Positions 31,139-41,324 of a stretch of DNA of 47,041 bases are shown piece after piece. The stretch lies in the IMG/VR virus record IMGVR_UViG_3300045988_142192, positions 1 through 47,041 of that record; one strand, written 5' to 3'. Source of the stretch: a virus. The notes under the pieces were generated by a model. That model made no database searches, had not been told where the DNA came from, and was given only the letters and a program-made list of their open reading frames with translations. A program made the translations under genes and the position numbers. The first letter of the stretch is position 1. Every line of letters starts with the position of its first letter.

Positions 31139-32866
31139 ATGGCTATTAAGTTGATATGCCAAAAGGTTGATGGAGAAAAAATAGATATAACTAATTTATT
31201 GATTAATATTACTTGGAGTGGAGATTATAAAAGTTGTGCTAGAAAGCTCGAGTTTTCATTAATCAGTAGCCCTATGGATAAAAATATTCCTAAAGTTGAT
31301 ATACCTATTATGAGCATAATATCTTTTTATGAAGATGATAATGAATTATTTAGGGGCTTTGTATATGAAAGAGAAAAATCTAGTGATAATGCTATGAGCT
31401 TTCTATGTTACGACTATTGTGCAAAGCTTAATGATATAAAAGTATCTAAGAATATAAAAAATCAAACTGCATCTACTATCTATAATAATTTTCTTACTGA
31501 ATATGGACTTAATAAAGGTGATATAATTCAAGCCAATACTGGTGTAACTAAAGTTTTTTTAGGTGTTACTGCTTATGATATGATAATGACTGCATATACA
31601 GAAGAAGCTAAAAATACTGGCAAAAAATATATGTTATACAGTAGAGGTAATAAATTTTATGCTAGTGAAAAAGGTATTGTAAAACTTAAATTATCTTTTG
31701 AAGAAGGTAAGAATATATTATCAAGTAGCTTTAAAGAATCTGTGTCAAATATGGTTAATAAAGTATTAATCGTAGATGAAAACGGAAATAAAGTATCAGA
31801 AGTAAAAAATGAAGAATGGCACAAAGCTTATGGATTATTTCAAGATGTTTATAAACAACAAGAAGGTAAAGACAGTAATGCAGAAGCTAAAGCAATGCTA
31901 AAAGATATTGAACAAACTTGTAGCTTAACTGGTTTTGGTGATACAACTTGTATAACTGGCTATGGAGTTCAAGTTAAAGATACTCATACTGGTCTGGTAG
32001 GTTTATTTTATATAGATAGTGATATACATACTTGGGAAGGTGGAAATTATACTATAGACTTAGAGTTGAACTTTAAAAACATAATGAATGAAGTATCTGT
32101 AGGGGAAGATGAAAAAACTGAAACAAATGTTAATTTAGATGGTAGTGCAACTGTAACTGGTGGAAAAGAAGTTAATGCTGAATTTACTGCTTATTATCCA
32201 GCTAACAATTCTATGCAAGGTGGTTTTCTTGATGCTATGGGTAATAAACTAGATCCAAATAAATTAACTTGTGCAGCGCCTAAATCTGTACAATTTAAAA
32301 CTAAAATTCAAGTTAAAGGAACTGGAACTGATAGAGATAATTTAGTTTATACTTGTACCGACAGAGGTGGGGCAATTGTAATAGACTCTAACGGTGTTTA
32401 TCATATAGATTTACTTATGAAAGATAAGAAAAGTGCTTTAGCTTTTGGAAGAAGAAAAGGAAAAGCTTTAATAGGTATTGAAGTTTCAGAAACTCCTAAC
32501 ACTAGCAATGGTGTAAATAGCAAAGCTAGTAAAGCCTTTGAATTTTGCAAAAGTAAACTTGGTACTCCTTATCTATGGGGAGGAACTGGACCAAGATATG
32601 ACTGTAGTGGTTTAATGATGAAAGCTTATGCTTCTGTTGGTATATCTATACCTAGAACAAGTAAACAACAATCTACTTTTGGAAAATCAGTAAGTAAAAG
32701 TAATTTACAAATAGGTGATTTAGTATTCTTTGGAAGTCCAGTCCATCACGTTGGTATGTATTGTGGAAATAATCAATATATACACGCACCTAAAACTAGT
32801 GATGTAGTTAAAATAAGTAGTTTGAGTGGTAGAAAAGATTATACTTGTGCAAGGAGGGTTATATAA
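31139..32866 (+). CDS. XkdQ-position baseplate/tail protein with a 3D-like domain and a C-terminal NlpC/P60 peptidase
   Basis: NlpC/P60: YLWGGTGPRYDCSGLMM...GDLVFFGSPVHHVGMY..YIHAP. 3D-like: FTAYYPANNSMQGGF...CTDRGGAI. Confidence 0.8.
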   Translation: MAIKLICQKVDGEKIDITNLLINITWSGDYKSCARKLEFSLISSPMDKNIPKVDIPIMSIISFYEDDNELFRGFVYEREKSSDNAMSFLCYDYCAKLNDIKVSKNIKNQTASTIYNNFLTEYGLNKGDIIQANTGVTKVFLGVTAYDMIMTAYTEEAKNTGKKYMLYSRGNKFYASEKGIVKLKLSFEEGKNILSSSFKESVSNMVNKVLIVDENGNKVSEVKNEEWHKAYGLFQDVYKQQEGKDSNAEAKAMLKDIEQTCSLTGFGDTTCITGYGVQVKDTHTGLVGLFYIDSDIHTWEGGNYTIDLELNFKNIMNEVSVGEDEKTETNVNLDGSATVTGGKEVNAEFTAYYPANNSMQGGFLDAMGNKLDPNKLTCAAPKSVQFKTKIQVKGTGTDRDNLVYTCTDRGGAIVIDSNGVYHIDLLMKDKKSALAFGRRKGKALIGIEVSETPNTSNGVNSKASKAFEFCKSKLGTPYLWGGTGPRYDCSGLMMKAYASVGISIPRTSKQQSTFGKSVSKSNLQIGDLVFFGSPVHHVGMYCGNNQYIHAPKTSDVVKISSLSGRKDYTCARRVI

Positions 32867-33216
32867 TGAATAATCCTTTTTTAGGTTTATATGAAGTAAT
32901 GGGAGAAGCAACGAAGGTCGAGCCTTCTTTTTTTATTGCAAAAATTAAAACTCCTTTGCCTAATTTAGAGGTCCAATTAAATGACATTGTACTTGATAAA
33001 GATAGTTTACTTATTGATAAATGGCTAAAAGATAGAAATGAAGATTTATTTACTGAATATCAAGGGCATACACATGGTGGAGATACTACTGGGGACGGTA
33101 ACCACAGACACCAAATAAAATATAATGTTCAAGATAAATTAGAAGTAAATGATAAAGTTATTTTATTGAAAATAAATGATAAATTTATAATCATAAGTAA
33201 GGTGGTGAGTATATGA
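32866..33216 (+). CDS. XkdR-position baseplate protein (DUF2577-like)
   Basis: Assigned by synteny. ATG 32866 overlaps the upstream TAA. Confidence 0.45.
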   Translation: MNNPFLGLYEVMGEATKVEPSFFIAKIKTPLPNLEVQLNDIVLDKDSLLIDKWLKDRNEDLFTEYQGHTHGGDTTGDGNHRHQIKYNVQDKLEVNDKVILLKINDKFIIISKVVSI

Positions 33217-33599
33217 GTTTATTCCCTTTTGTAAGTTATAAAGAGGATATAGTAAAAGACGAAGCTTTGCCACTTTATAGGGAAGTCGGAAAAGGACTTA
33301 AAATAGTTGAAGGAAATGAAGCTATAAAAATATGGATATATAAAGCACTTCAAACGCCTAGATACCAGTATGAGATATACACTTGGGACTATGGAAGCGA
33401 ATTGTTAAGTCTTATAGGTAAAGCATATACAAAAGGATTAACACAATCAGAAGCTTCTAGATATATAAAAGAAGCACTTCTTATTAATCCTTATATACTT
33501 GATGTAAATGTAATATCTACAAGCTTTGACGGTGATGTTTTAAGTGCTAATGTAAGAGTAAAGACAATTTACGATGGTGAGGTGATAGTAAATGTCTAA
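33213..33599 (+). CDS. Baseplate wedge gp25/XkdS-like protein
   Basis: Assigned by synteny and size (128 aa). ATGA overlap with the upstream gene. Confidence 0.55.
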   Translation: MSLFPFVSYKEDIVKDEALPLYREVGKGLKIVEGNEAIKIWIYKALQTPRYQYEIYTWDYGSELLSLIGKAYTKGLTQSEASRYIKEALLINPYILDVNVISTSFDGDVLSANVRVKTIYDGEVIVNV

Positions 33600-34644
33600 A
33601 ACATATGAAGAAATAAAACAAAGAGTATTAAATAATACTGATATAAATGTAGATAAGAGGGAAGGATCATTTTTAAATAATATGGCTTCTCCTTTATCTT
33701 ATGAACTAGCTAAATTCTACATAGAACAACAAGATTTAGTAAACATGGCTTTTGTAAAAAATGGATATTTTAATTACTTAGACATTAAGTGCGAAGAGTA
33801 TGGAATATCTAGGAAACAAGGAACTAAATCAGTAGGGGAAGTTATATTTACTGGTGAAAATGGAACTTTAATATCTAATGGCACTATATTAGTTGCTGAT
33901 GATTTATATTTTGTTGTTTTAAATGATGCTACTATAGCTGAAAATCAAGCAGAATTAGTTGTAGAAGCTTTAGAAGTAGGAAAGCAATATAATTTATCAG
34001 CTAATACAAGATTAATTGCTACAGAGCCTATAAATGGCGTAAATGACATATATGTTAAATCTAATTTTGAAAATGGAACAGATGTAGAAAGTGATGAAGA
34101 TTTAAGAGAGAGATTTTTTACAACTATAAAGAAATCTTATACAAGTGGAAATGTTGCACACTATGAATTATGGACTTTAGAAGTTGATGGAGTAGGTGCT
34201 TGTAAAGTATATCCTTTAAAAAATGGAAATGGCACAGTTGAAGTTGTGATAACTAATGCTGATATGCTAGGAGCATCTAGTGAACTAATAGAAAAAGTAA
34301 AAGCTAATATTGAAGAAAAAAGACCAATAGGTGCTAATGTAACTGTTGTAAGTGCTACTGAAAAAACTATAAATGTAAGTGCTACTGTAAGACTTTTAGG
34401 GGGATATTCTCAAGACGAAGTTGAAACATTATTTAAAAATAAATTAATTCAATATCTAAAAGAAATAGCTTTTAAAGATACTTATGTATCTACTGCTAGA
34501 CTAGGGAATTTACTTCTTGATACTGCTGGGGTGTTTGATTATTCAGATTTTAAAGTTAATGGTGCTATGAATAATGTTAATCTGCTAGATACAGACATTC
34601 CTAAAGTTGGTACAATATCTTTTTCTTATGAAGAGGTGGTATAA
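33592..34644 (+). CDS. Baseplate J-like protein (XkdT-like)
   Basis: 350 aa, with a typical N-terminus YEEIKQRVLNN...DKREGSFLNN. Confidence 0.8.
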   Translation: MSKTYEEIKQRVLNNTDINVDKREGSFLNNMASPLSYELAKFYIEQQDLVNMAFVKNGYFNYLDIKCEEYGISRKQGTKSVGEVIFTGENGTLISNGTILVADDLYFVVLNDATIAENQAELVVEALEVGKQYNLSANTRLIATEPINGVNDIYVKSNFENGTDVESDEDLRERFFTTIKKSYTSGNVAHYELWTLEVDGVGACKVYPLKNGNGTVEVVITNADMLGASSELIEKVKANIEEKRPIGANVTVVSATEKTINVSATVRLLGGYSQDEVETLFKNKLIQYLKEIAFKDTYVSTARLGNLLLDTAGVFDYSDFKVNGAMNNVNLLDTDIPKVGTISFSYEEVV

Positions 34645-34645
34645 T

Positions 34646-35179
34646 ATGAATTTAATAGATATGTTGCCATCTTTTTATCATAATAGCGATTTTGTAAAAT
34701 CATATATGTCTAGTCAAAGTGTAGAATATAATTTTATAAAAGAAAGTATAGATGATTTAGTTAATAATTTATACGTTGACACTGCGACTTGGGGACTTGA
34801 TTATTTTGAAGAAGAGTTAGGGCTTAAAACTGATAAATCTAAGACTTATGAAGAAAGAAGAGAACGTATAAAAGCTAAAAAAATAGGTAATGGAACAACT
34901 ACTATAAAAATGATAAAAGATACTGCTTTAGCTTTTGACTGTGGAGAAGTTGAAATAACTGAAATGTATAATGATTATGCTTTTAAACTTAAGTTTGTAA
35001 GTGAAAAAGGTAGACCTAAGAATTTAGATGATTTTAAAAATGCTATAGATGAAATTAAACCAGCGCACTTAGCTTATATTCTAGAATTTATATTTAATAC
35101 TCATCAACAACTTAAACCTAAAACGCATCAAGAATTAAGCCAATTTACACATCAAGAAATTAGAGAGGTGGTTGAATAA
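34646..35179 (+). CDS. XkdU-like tail protein (DUF2313-like)
   Basis: MNLIDMLPSFYHNSDF.. plus synteny. The GAGGTGG SD precedes ATG 34646. Confidence 0.55.
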   Translation: MNLIDMLPSFYHNSDFVKSYMSSQSVEYNFIKESIDDLVNNLYVDTATWGLDYFEEELGLKTDKSKTYEERRERIKAKKIGNGTTTIKMIKDTALAFDCGEVEITEMYNDYAFKLKFVSEKGRPKNLDDFKNAIDEIKPAHLAYILEFIFNTHQQLKPKTHQELSQFTHQEIREVVE

Positions 35180-35487
35180 TGCCTAACTATACAAATAATT
35201 TACAACTTGAAAAACCTTTACTAAATGAAAATTATGATATAGAAGTTTATAACAGAAACATGGATAAAATAGACACTGCTATACAAGAAGTAAAAGGTAA
35301 AGTAGATGGATTAGAATTAACTGCTGAAAGAGTAAGCATTGCAGATTCTACTAATAAGTTCGTAGCTACTAATGTAGAAGATGCTCTTTTAGAGAATAAA
35401 ACAATTATTTTAAATTTACAATCAGAACTAGGAACAAATAAAGCTACGCTTCAAAATAATATAAATGCAATAAGAGAGGTGTTATAA
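35179..35487 (+). CDS. Tail-fibre-associated protein (102 aa)
   Basis: The N-terminus PNYTNNLQLEKPLLNENYDIEVYNRNMDKID is a motif recurrent at Bacillus/Clostridium prophage fibre N-termini. Confidence 0.45.
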   Translation: MPNYTNNLQLEKPLLNENYDIEVYNRNMDKIDTAIQEVKGKVDGLELTAERVSIADSTNKFVATNVEDALLENKTIILNLQSELGTNKATLQNNINAIREVL

Positions 35488-35981
35488 TGTCTACTCTTAA
35501 ACAATTAGTTGATGAAACTACTAATATAAAAAATGAATTAAAAACTTGTTATGCTAATTTAAAAAATAATTTAGTTAATAAAAAAATTCAAGTTAATAAT
35601 AACGATAAAATACTAGACTTGATTAATAAAATACCTGACATTAAAGGTGAATTAAAATATGCGATAGGTTCAGAAACTTTTGGACAAGGTAATGCTGTAG
35701 TAGTTACTGTTAATAACTTAGATTTCAAACCACACCTTATTATAATAACAAGAGGGACTTTTGAAGATCAGACTTATTTTATACAGAATACAAGTTTTTA
35801 TTTTGGAGATATAGCCGTTCCTCATTTCCCTAAAAATCATATGTTTTCAAATCACTATGCTTTAGCATCAAATACTATAGATGGAACTATGTACTATATG
35901 AGAGATGGGAGTTTTAATTTGCCTTATCACACTGGTATGGGTGCTGCAAAGGACTGTACATGGTTAGCCGTTGGACTTTAA
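35487..35981 (+). CDS. hypothetical tail protein (164 aa)
   Basis: ORF-track ORF, translationally coupled to the upstream gene (ATAATG overlap). Confidence 0.45.
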   Translation: MSTLKQLVDETTNIKNELKTCYANLKNNLVNKKIQVNNNDKILDLINKIPDIKGELKYAIGSETFGQGNAVVVTVNNLDFKPHLIIITRGTFEDQTYFIQNTSFYFGDIAVPHFPKNHMFSNHYALASNTIDGTMYYMRDGSFNLPYHTGMGAAKDCTWLAVGL

Positions 35982-35996
35982 AATAGGAGGGGTAAA

Positions 35997-36407
35997 ATGA
36001 TAAAACAACTAGGGACTAAAATATATTATTGCTTGTTAAGTGGAAATGTAATAAAGATAATAGGTGATATACAAGGTTATGTTAAGGAAACAACTTTTGA
36101 TGAAGATTATGAAATATATTCAGAATTAAAAGAAAGAGAAAAATCTAGCATAGGATTATTACAATTTGAACATGGTGAATATCCTAAATTGTCAAAGGAT
36201 AGTACGGGAGTTATGGTTAATCTTGAAACTAAAGAATTAATATTTAGTTATGAAGAATTACCTGTAGAACCTATAGAGCCTACTTGGGAAGAAAAAATGG
36301 AGAATAAAATATCCATTTTAGAAGCTGAAAATGAAACTTTAAAACAAGAATTATCAATAACACAAGATGCAGTAAATGAATTAATTTTTAATTCTTTAAA
36401 TATGTAA
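35997..36407 (+). CDS. hypothetical tail protein (136 aa)
   Basis: ORF-track ORF with a TAGGAGGGG SD. Confidence 0.45.
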   Translation: MIKQLGTKIYYCLLSGNVIKIIGDIQGYVKETTFDEDYEIYSELKEREKSSIGLLQFEHGEYPKLSKDSTGVMVNLETKELIFSYEELPVEPIEPTWEEKMENKISILEAENETLKQELSITQDAVNELIFNSLNM

Positions 36408-36431
36408 AAATATGTAAAGGTGGTGTTTTTA

Positions 36432-36566
36432 ATGGTAGCTTATTTAGCTATGCAAATATTAAAGGGGAAAATATCTTATACTCAAACGATAGAGAAATTC
36501 CCACAATACAAAGAAGATATAGACTTAATATTAATAACAGAAGGAAGAGAGGACTTAATAAAATAA
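36432..36566 (+). CDS. XkdX-like small protein (44 aa)
   Basis: AAAGGTGGTG SD. The position and size match XkdX of PBSX-like elements. Confidence 0.4.
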   Translation: MVAYLAMQILKGKISYTQTIEKFPQYKEDIDLILITEGREDLIK

Positions 36567-36577
36567 GTTCTTTTTAT

Positions 36578-36607
36578 GGCTAGATTAATTTCTAGCCTTT
36601 TTATTTT
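36578..36607 (+). terminator. Intrinsic terminator
   Basis: GGCTAGA-ttaatt-TCTAGCC followed by TTTTTATTTT. Confidence 0.7.
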
Positions 36608-36625
36608 CCAAAAGGTGGTGACTTT

Positions 36626-39600
36626 ATGAATAAAGAGTATAAAATAAAGCTAGACTTAAATAAAAAACTTTATAATAAAAAAATGGCATTTAATCAGTTT
36701 GATGAAAATGTTAATGATTTTTATATTGAAGTAACTAAAAATAACGAAGTAGTAAAAGATTTAGATAAATCAATAATTACTTTAGTTGCAATTAAACCTA
36801 ATAATGCAGTTGATGCTCAATTCATAGAAGTTAAAGAAGGGCAAATATATGCCGATTTAAAGCCTTCTATGTGTGATTTAGTAGGAAATTATCAAGCTAA
36901 AGCTATGATAGTTTTAGAAGGGGAAATAGTAACTACAGACACTATAAATTATTCAGTAAATGAAGATAAAATAATATCTAGGCTTAATGATGATGTTGTA
37001 AGTGATGAAAGATTTCCTCTTTTTACAGATGCTTTATCAAGATTATCTACTATAGAAATATCAGAAGAGCAAAGAGTGATAAATGAAGCTGAAAGAATAC
37101 TATCAGAAGAAAATAGAAAAATAGAAGAAGCCAAAAGAGTAGAAGCTGAACTTATTAGACAACACGAGGAAGCAGACAGAACTAAATACGATGCAATAAG
37201 GGAAAGTAATGAGAATATAAGAAAACAAAATGAAAGCATAAGATTAGCTAATGAAACTAATAGAATAGATGAAGAAGCTAAGAGAGTTGAAGAAGAGAAT
37301 AAAAGAAAATTAGCAGAAGAAGAAAGAAATGCTAATTATAACTTTATGACAGAGGATGAAGATAGAAGAAGGTCCGAAGCTAATGCACATAAAGAAGCAG
37401 AAAAATTAAGAGCTCAAGCTGAAATTACTAGAGTTAATGAAGAAGCAAAAAGAAGAACTACAGAACAAGCTAGAGTATCAGCAGAAAATACTAGAGTTAA
37501 CAATGAAAATACTAGAGAATCTAATGAAGTAGCTAGGCAAAATAATGAAAATCAAAGGATAGAAGCGGAAACTCAAAGAAAAAATAGATATAATTCTTTT
37601 ATATCAGATGCAGAAGCTAATGCTAATAATTTTGAAAATTATACTAATACTGCAAAAGCTAAAGAAGAAGAAAGAAAAGCTAATGAATTAGATAGAAAAT
37701 CGCAAGAAAATAGAAGAGTATCTAATGAAGTTGAAAGAATATCTAACGAAAATACTAGAAAAGCTAATGAAGTAGTTAGAGAAAAAAATGAAGCTTCTAG
37801 GCAAGATGTATTTGAAAATAAAGTAGATGAGTTTGATGAAAAGATAGTTGAATTAAATACTACTAAAGATAACTTTGTATCTAGTATAAATACTAAGGTC
37901 GATAATAAAATATCTGAAATAGAAGTTGCTAAGTCTGATATGACTAATACTGTAACAAACAAGATAGATGAAGTAGAAAATAGATTTAATGCTTTAACTT
38001 CTAAACAACAACAAGATGCAGAGGTTGTAGATGCAAGGGATGGAGAAACTTCACTTAAAGCTAGACTTGATAGAGATATAGAAAAAGCTAATAAAGAGTT
38101 AGATAAAATTAAGAAGTTAGAAGAAAGTACAGTATCTACTGTTGAAACAGGAAGTGATTTTACTACTGTTGAAGCAACGAGTAATGGGTATTTTGAGGAT
38201 GTGAAGTTAGAAGGTAGGACGTTAGTTAATTTATGTGCTGAAAGTGGTACAAAGTCGAATTATTATATCAATTCTTTCAAACTTAATAATATAGATGAAA
38301 ACAAAGAATATACATTGATTTACACTCTTACCAATGTTGTAAAAGGTGATTATACTGGTGTATTCTCGGTTGAAGTTACAGATAAAGCAAATAACGGTTA
38401 TATATATGCTCCATTTGAAAATGGTACATTTATATATAAAATAAAGCCTAGAGTAGGTAAAGATGTGTACTGTGTTTACTTTTGGACATCATCTCTAAAT
38501 CAAGGTCAGTCTTATGAGATAAAAGATGTTATGCTACTAGAAGGCGACCACACTCAAAACCCACCAAGTTACTTTGAAGGGCTTAAATCTGCAGGTCAGT
38601 CGGCTTCAGAGGATGGAGCAGATGAAATAGTAGTTTCAAGTATTAATGAGAATTTATTTGATGTTAATCAACATATCCCTTACGGATGGTCAAATGGAAA
38701 TATGCTTTCAAGTAGCAATTATAGGTCGTATTGGATTAAATGTAAACCAAACACAACGTATTTTATAGAGAGTGATAGAAGTGGAAATAGGTTTGGTGTT
38801 TGTTGTAGTAATATAATTAAATTTGGAGGAGAGGAGTTCTCTGTAACAAAAGGAACAGTATTTGGTAGTAGTGATGATACAGACAAAATTGTAAGCACAT
38901 TATTTACAACTGACAATACAGCAAAATACTTATTTGTATATACTATAAATAATGGAGTTTTTCCTACGCCTAAAATAATGATAAGTAAATCAGATATTCA
39001 AATAAATTATATTGAACCTAATAGAGATAAAAAACGTCTTTTATACTACAACGAAGAAACTCAAGAGTGGGAAAAACCTGTATTAAGAGAAGGGGATAGT
39101 ATAGAGAAACACGCAGACGGTAAGTATTACTATCACCAACGTAGTGCAGAAGTTGTGCTAAATGGTAGTGAGAATTGGAATAATGATAAAAATTCATCAA
39201 CGATATCACCAGCGACATATAGACAATCTATCCAATTTAACGCTATTGATATACCTAGTGCTTCATTTGATACGAAAACATTACCTAATATAATATCAGA
39301 TTTGTTACCAACTGTAATATTTGGCGATGTGTATAGCTATAACCATATTGGGATAAGTATATCGGGTACGGGTAGTATAGGTACTCATATAATAATAAAT
39401 AATAACTTTACAGATGTAACCGAATTAAAACAATGGTTGCAAACTAACAACTTGACATTAGTGTATCAACTAGCAGAAGAAAAAGTGTATGAATGTACTA
39501 ACATAGATTTAATAACATATACAAATGAAACTAATTTCATAGTAAATAGTGGTGCAATAGTTCCTAAAACTACACTTAAAGTTCATTCAAATATATCTAA

Positions 39601-39958
39601 TGTAGTTAGCTTATTACAAAAGAAAGTTAGCTTATTAGAAAGTAATGTAAAAGCTAGTCAAGAAGTACAAGACATGATGATATTAGAAACTGATATGAGA
39701 ATGTTAGATATAGAATTAGCTTTAATGGAATTTGCACCAATGAAATTAAATTTAGGGGGTAGTAATATGTTAAGAAGTGCAACGTATTTTAATTTTTTAA
39801 AAAATCATATAATCAATGAAACTTATGAAAAAGGATATTTAGAAAATGTAATGAATAAATATCTTGCAACTGGAAGAATAAATCAAGATGAATATAATGA
39901 ACTATACAAGATGTTATATCCTCCAGTTTATGATATAGAGTTACCAATAGAATATTAA
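36626..39958 (+). CDS. Large tail fibre / receptor-binding protein (BppU-like N-terminus, long NExxRxx heptad coiled coil, globular C-terminal half)
   Basis: 1110 aa. The N-terminus is KIKLDLNKKLYNKKMAFNQFDENVNDFYIEV. It has ~270 aa of heptad repeats and its own SD after a terminator. Confidence 0.7.
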   Translation: MNKEYKIKLDLNKKLYNKKMAFNQFDENVNDFYIEVTKNNEVVKDLDKSIITLVAIKPNNAVDAQFIEVKEGQIYADLKPSMCDLVGNYQAKAMIVLEGEIVTTDTINYSVNEDKIISRLNDDVVSDERFPLFTDALSRLSTIEISEEQRVINEAERILSEENRKIEEAKRVEAELIRQHEEADRTKYDAIRESNENIRKQNESIRLANETNRIDEEAKRVEEENKRKLAEEERNANYNFMTEDEDRRRSEANAHKEAEKLRAQAEITRVNEEAKRRTTEQARVSAENTRVNNENTRESNEVARQNNENQRIEAETQRKNRYNSFISDAEANANNFENYTNTAKAKEEERKANELDRKSQENRRVSNEVERISNENTRKANEVVREKNEASRQDVFENKVDEFDEKIVELNTTKDNFVSSINTKVDNKISEIEVAKSDMTNTVTNKIDEVENRFNALTSKQQQDAEVVDARDGETSLKARLDRDIEKANKELDKIKKLEESTVSTVETGSDFTTVEATSNGYFEDVKLEGRTLVNLCAESGTKSNYYINSFKLNNIDENKEYTLIYTLTNVVKGDYTGVFSVEVTDKANNGYIYAPFENGTFIYKIKPRVGKDVYCVYFWTSSLNQGQSYEIKDVMLLEGDHTQNPPSYFEGLKSAGQSASEDGADEIVVSSINENLFDVNQHIPYGWSNGNMLSSSNYRSYWIKCKPNTTYFIESDRSGNRFGVCCSNIIKFGGEEFSVTKGTVFGSSDDTDKIVSTLFTTDNTAKYLFVYTINNGVFPTPKIMISKSDIQINYIEPNRDKKRLLYYNEETQEWEKPVLREGDSIEKHADGKYYYHQRSAEVVLNGSENWNNDKNSSTISPATYRQSIQFNAIDIPSASFDTKTLPNIISDLLPTVIFGDVYSYNHIGISISGTGSIGTHIIINNNFTDVTELKQWLQTNNLTLVYQLAEEKVYECTNIDLITYTNETNFIVNSGAIVPKTTLKVHSNISNVVSLLQKKVSLLESNVKASQEVQDMMILETDMRMLDIELALMEFAPMKLNLGGSNMLRSATYFNFLKNHIINETYEKGYLENVMNKYLATGRINQDEYNELYKMLYPPVYDIELPIEY

Positions 39959-39965
39959 TAATGTA

Positions 39966-40000
39966 AAGGCTAGAGTTTTTTCTCTAGTCTTTTATTTTTA
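39966..40000 (+). terminator. Intrinsic terminator
   Basis: AAGGCTAGAG-tttttt-CTCTAGTCTT followed by TTATTTTT. Confidence 0.7.
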
Positions 40001-40017
40001 AAAGGGTGGTGGAATAA

Positions 40018-40296
40018 GTGGAACAAATGATAAATAACTTAGGCTTTCCTGTAGCTTGTGTAGTAGGCTTAGCTTATTACTTTGTACAGAAAGATAAATC
40101 ATCAAGAGAAGATATAAATAAAATCATAGACAATTTAAGAGAAGATAATAAGCTAGATAGAGAACTATATAGAGATACAATAGATAAATTTGATAGTAAA
40201 CTAGATAAGTTTGCTATAGCTTTAGAAAATAACAATAATGAGTTAGGGGCAATAAAAGAAGATATAAGAAATATAAAAGAAAAGGTGGGTGTTTAA
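40018..40296 (+). CDS. BhlA/UviB-like holin
   Basis: A single N-terminal TM (LGFPVACVVGLAYYFV), then a KDKSSRED..coiled-coil tail. It lies immediately upstream of the endolysin. Confidence 0.6.
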   Translation: MEQMINNLGFPVACVVGLAYYFVQKDKSSREDINKIIDNLREDNKLDRELYRDTIDKFDSKLDKFAIALENNNNELGAIKEDIRNIKEKVGV

Positions 40297-40298
40297 TT

Positions 40299-41057
40299 AT
40301 GAAAAATAACAGATTAGATGAAGTTAAAATAGGAAATGCTACTGTAATAGTAGATATAGTACCAAAAGGACATTGTATTCCAAATGTTAAAATAACACCG
40401 ACTACAATAACTATACATAATACAGGAAACAATAATGCTAGTGCTAAAAATAATCACAACTACATGAAAAATATAAATAAAAGCGGAGAACGTAAAGCCA
40501 GTTGGCACTTTACTGTAGATGATATAGAGATATATCAAACACAAAGCACTAATTTTAAGTGTTATCATGCAGGTACTACATCTGGGAATAATACATCTAT
40601 AGGAATAGAGATATGTCAATTTACAGATGCTAATAAACAATTAAAAGCATATAAAAATGCTATTGAATTAGTAAAAATATTATTAAAGTATCATAACTTC
40701 ACTATAGATAAAGTAGTACAACATAATAAATGGTCTGGTAAAGATTGCCCTCAGCTTTTAAGAGCAAATAAATTCGGTTATAATTGGAACTGGTTCATTA
40801 ATCAATGCAAAGAAACTACTGTTCAATCAATAACAGAATTAAAAAATGGTGATTATGCAGGCAGAAAAGCAAAAGTAATGGCTGATGTATTAAATATTAG
40901 ATATGATAGAGGAACTCAATATAATGTAATAGGAAAACTTAATAAAGGAGATATCGTTAAACTTAACTATTGCCTAAATGGTTGGGTATCTATTGAAGGA
41001 TATAAAGGTAATAAAGGACTTGGATATGTAAGTACTGATTACTTAGAACTAACATAA
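40299..41057 (+). CDS. Endolysin: N-acetylmuramoyl-L-alanine amidase (Amidase_2/PGRP) plus a C-terminal SH3 domain
   Basis: ITIHNTGN..SWHFTVDD..YHAG..IGIEIC..QHNKWSGKDCP, then an SH3-like GRKAKVMADVLNIRYDRG...GWVSIEGYKG..GYVSTDYL. Confidence 0.9.
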   Translation: MKNNRLDEVKIGNATVIVDIVPKGHCIPNVKITPTTITIHNTGNNNASAKNNHNYMKNINKSGERKASWHFTVDDIEIYQTQSTNFKCYHAGTTSGNNTSIGIEICQFTDANKQLKAYKNAIELVKILLKYHNFTIDKVVQHNKWSGKDCPQLLRANKFGYNWNWFINQCKETTVQSITELKNGDYAGRKAKVMADVLNIRYDRGTQYNVIGKLNKGDIVKLNYCLNGWVSIEGYKGNKGLGYVSTDYLELT

Positions 41058-41115
41058 AACAAATATAAAGATACATATTTAATCCCTAGATAATGTTTAT
41101 TTTATTGGTAAAATA

Positions 41116-41124
41116 TGGTATAAT
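41116..41124 (+). promoter_or_regulatory. Extended -10 promoter TGGTATAAT with no ORF downstream
   Basis: Read directly from the sequence. It is preceded by the TTGGTAAAATAT 12-mer, which recurs at 41599-41610. Confidence 0.4.
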
Positions 41125-41130
41125 ATAATA

Positions 41131-41291
41131 AAAACTAATGATAGTTTTAAAAAATAACATTACACAAAGTAAGAATATATTATCTTTATTTTAATCTTGT
41201 ATTTTTTTATGTTTTTATATTTTTAAAGTTTTGTAATTGTTTTGTGATTTAGTTAGAAAAAAGCTATTGTCTTGTTGCGATAGCTTTTTTT
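41131..41291 (+). ncRNA. Candidate non-coding transcript 1 (~160 nt)
   Basis: Bounded by the extended -10 promoter at 41116-41124 and the terminator at 41257-41291. It contains no SD-preceded ORF. Confidence 0.25.
41257..41291 (+). terminator. Intrinsic terminator
   Basis: AAAAAAGCTAT-12 nt-ATAGCTTTTTT. Confidence 0.65.
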
Positions 41292-41324
41292 ACTTGCTAC
41301 AATATAAGTATATCCAACTTTAAT

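Noticed and set aside
41086-41160. A 24-aa hydrophobic minus-strand ORF (MLFFKTIISFYYIIPYFTNKINII), considered as a type I toxin opposite the 41116 promoter.
   Set aside because: It has no SD and no charged C-terminal tail, and this kind of composition arises easily by chance in AT-rich DNA. It remains only a weak possibility.
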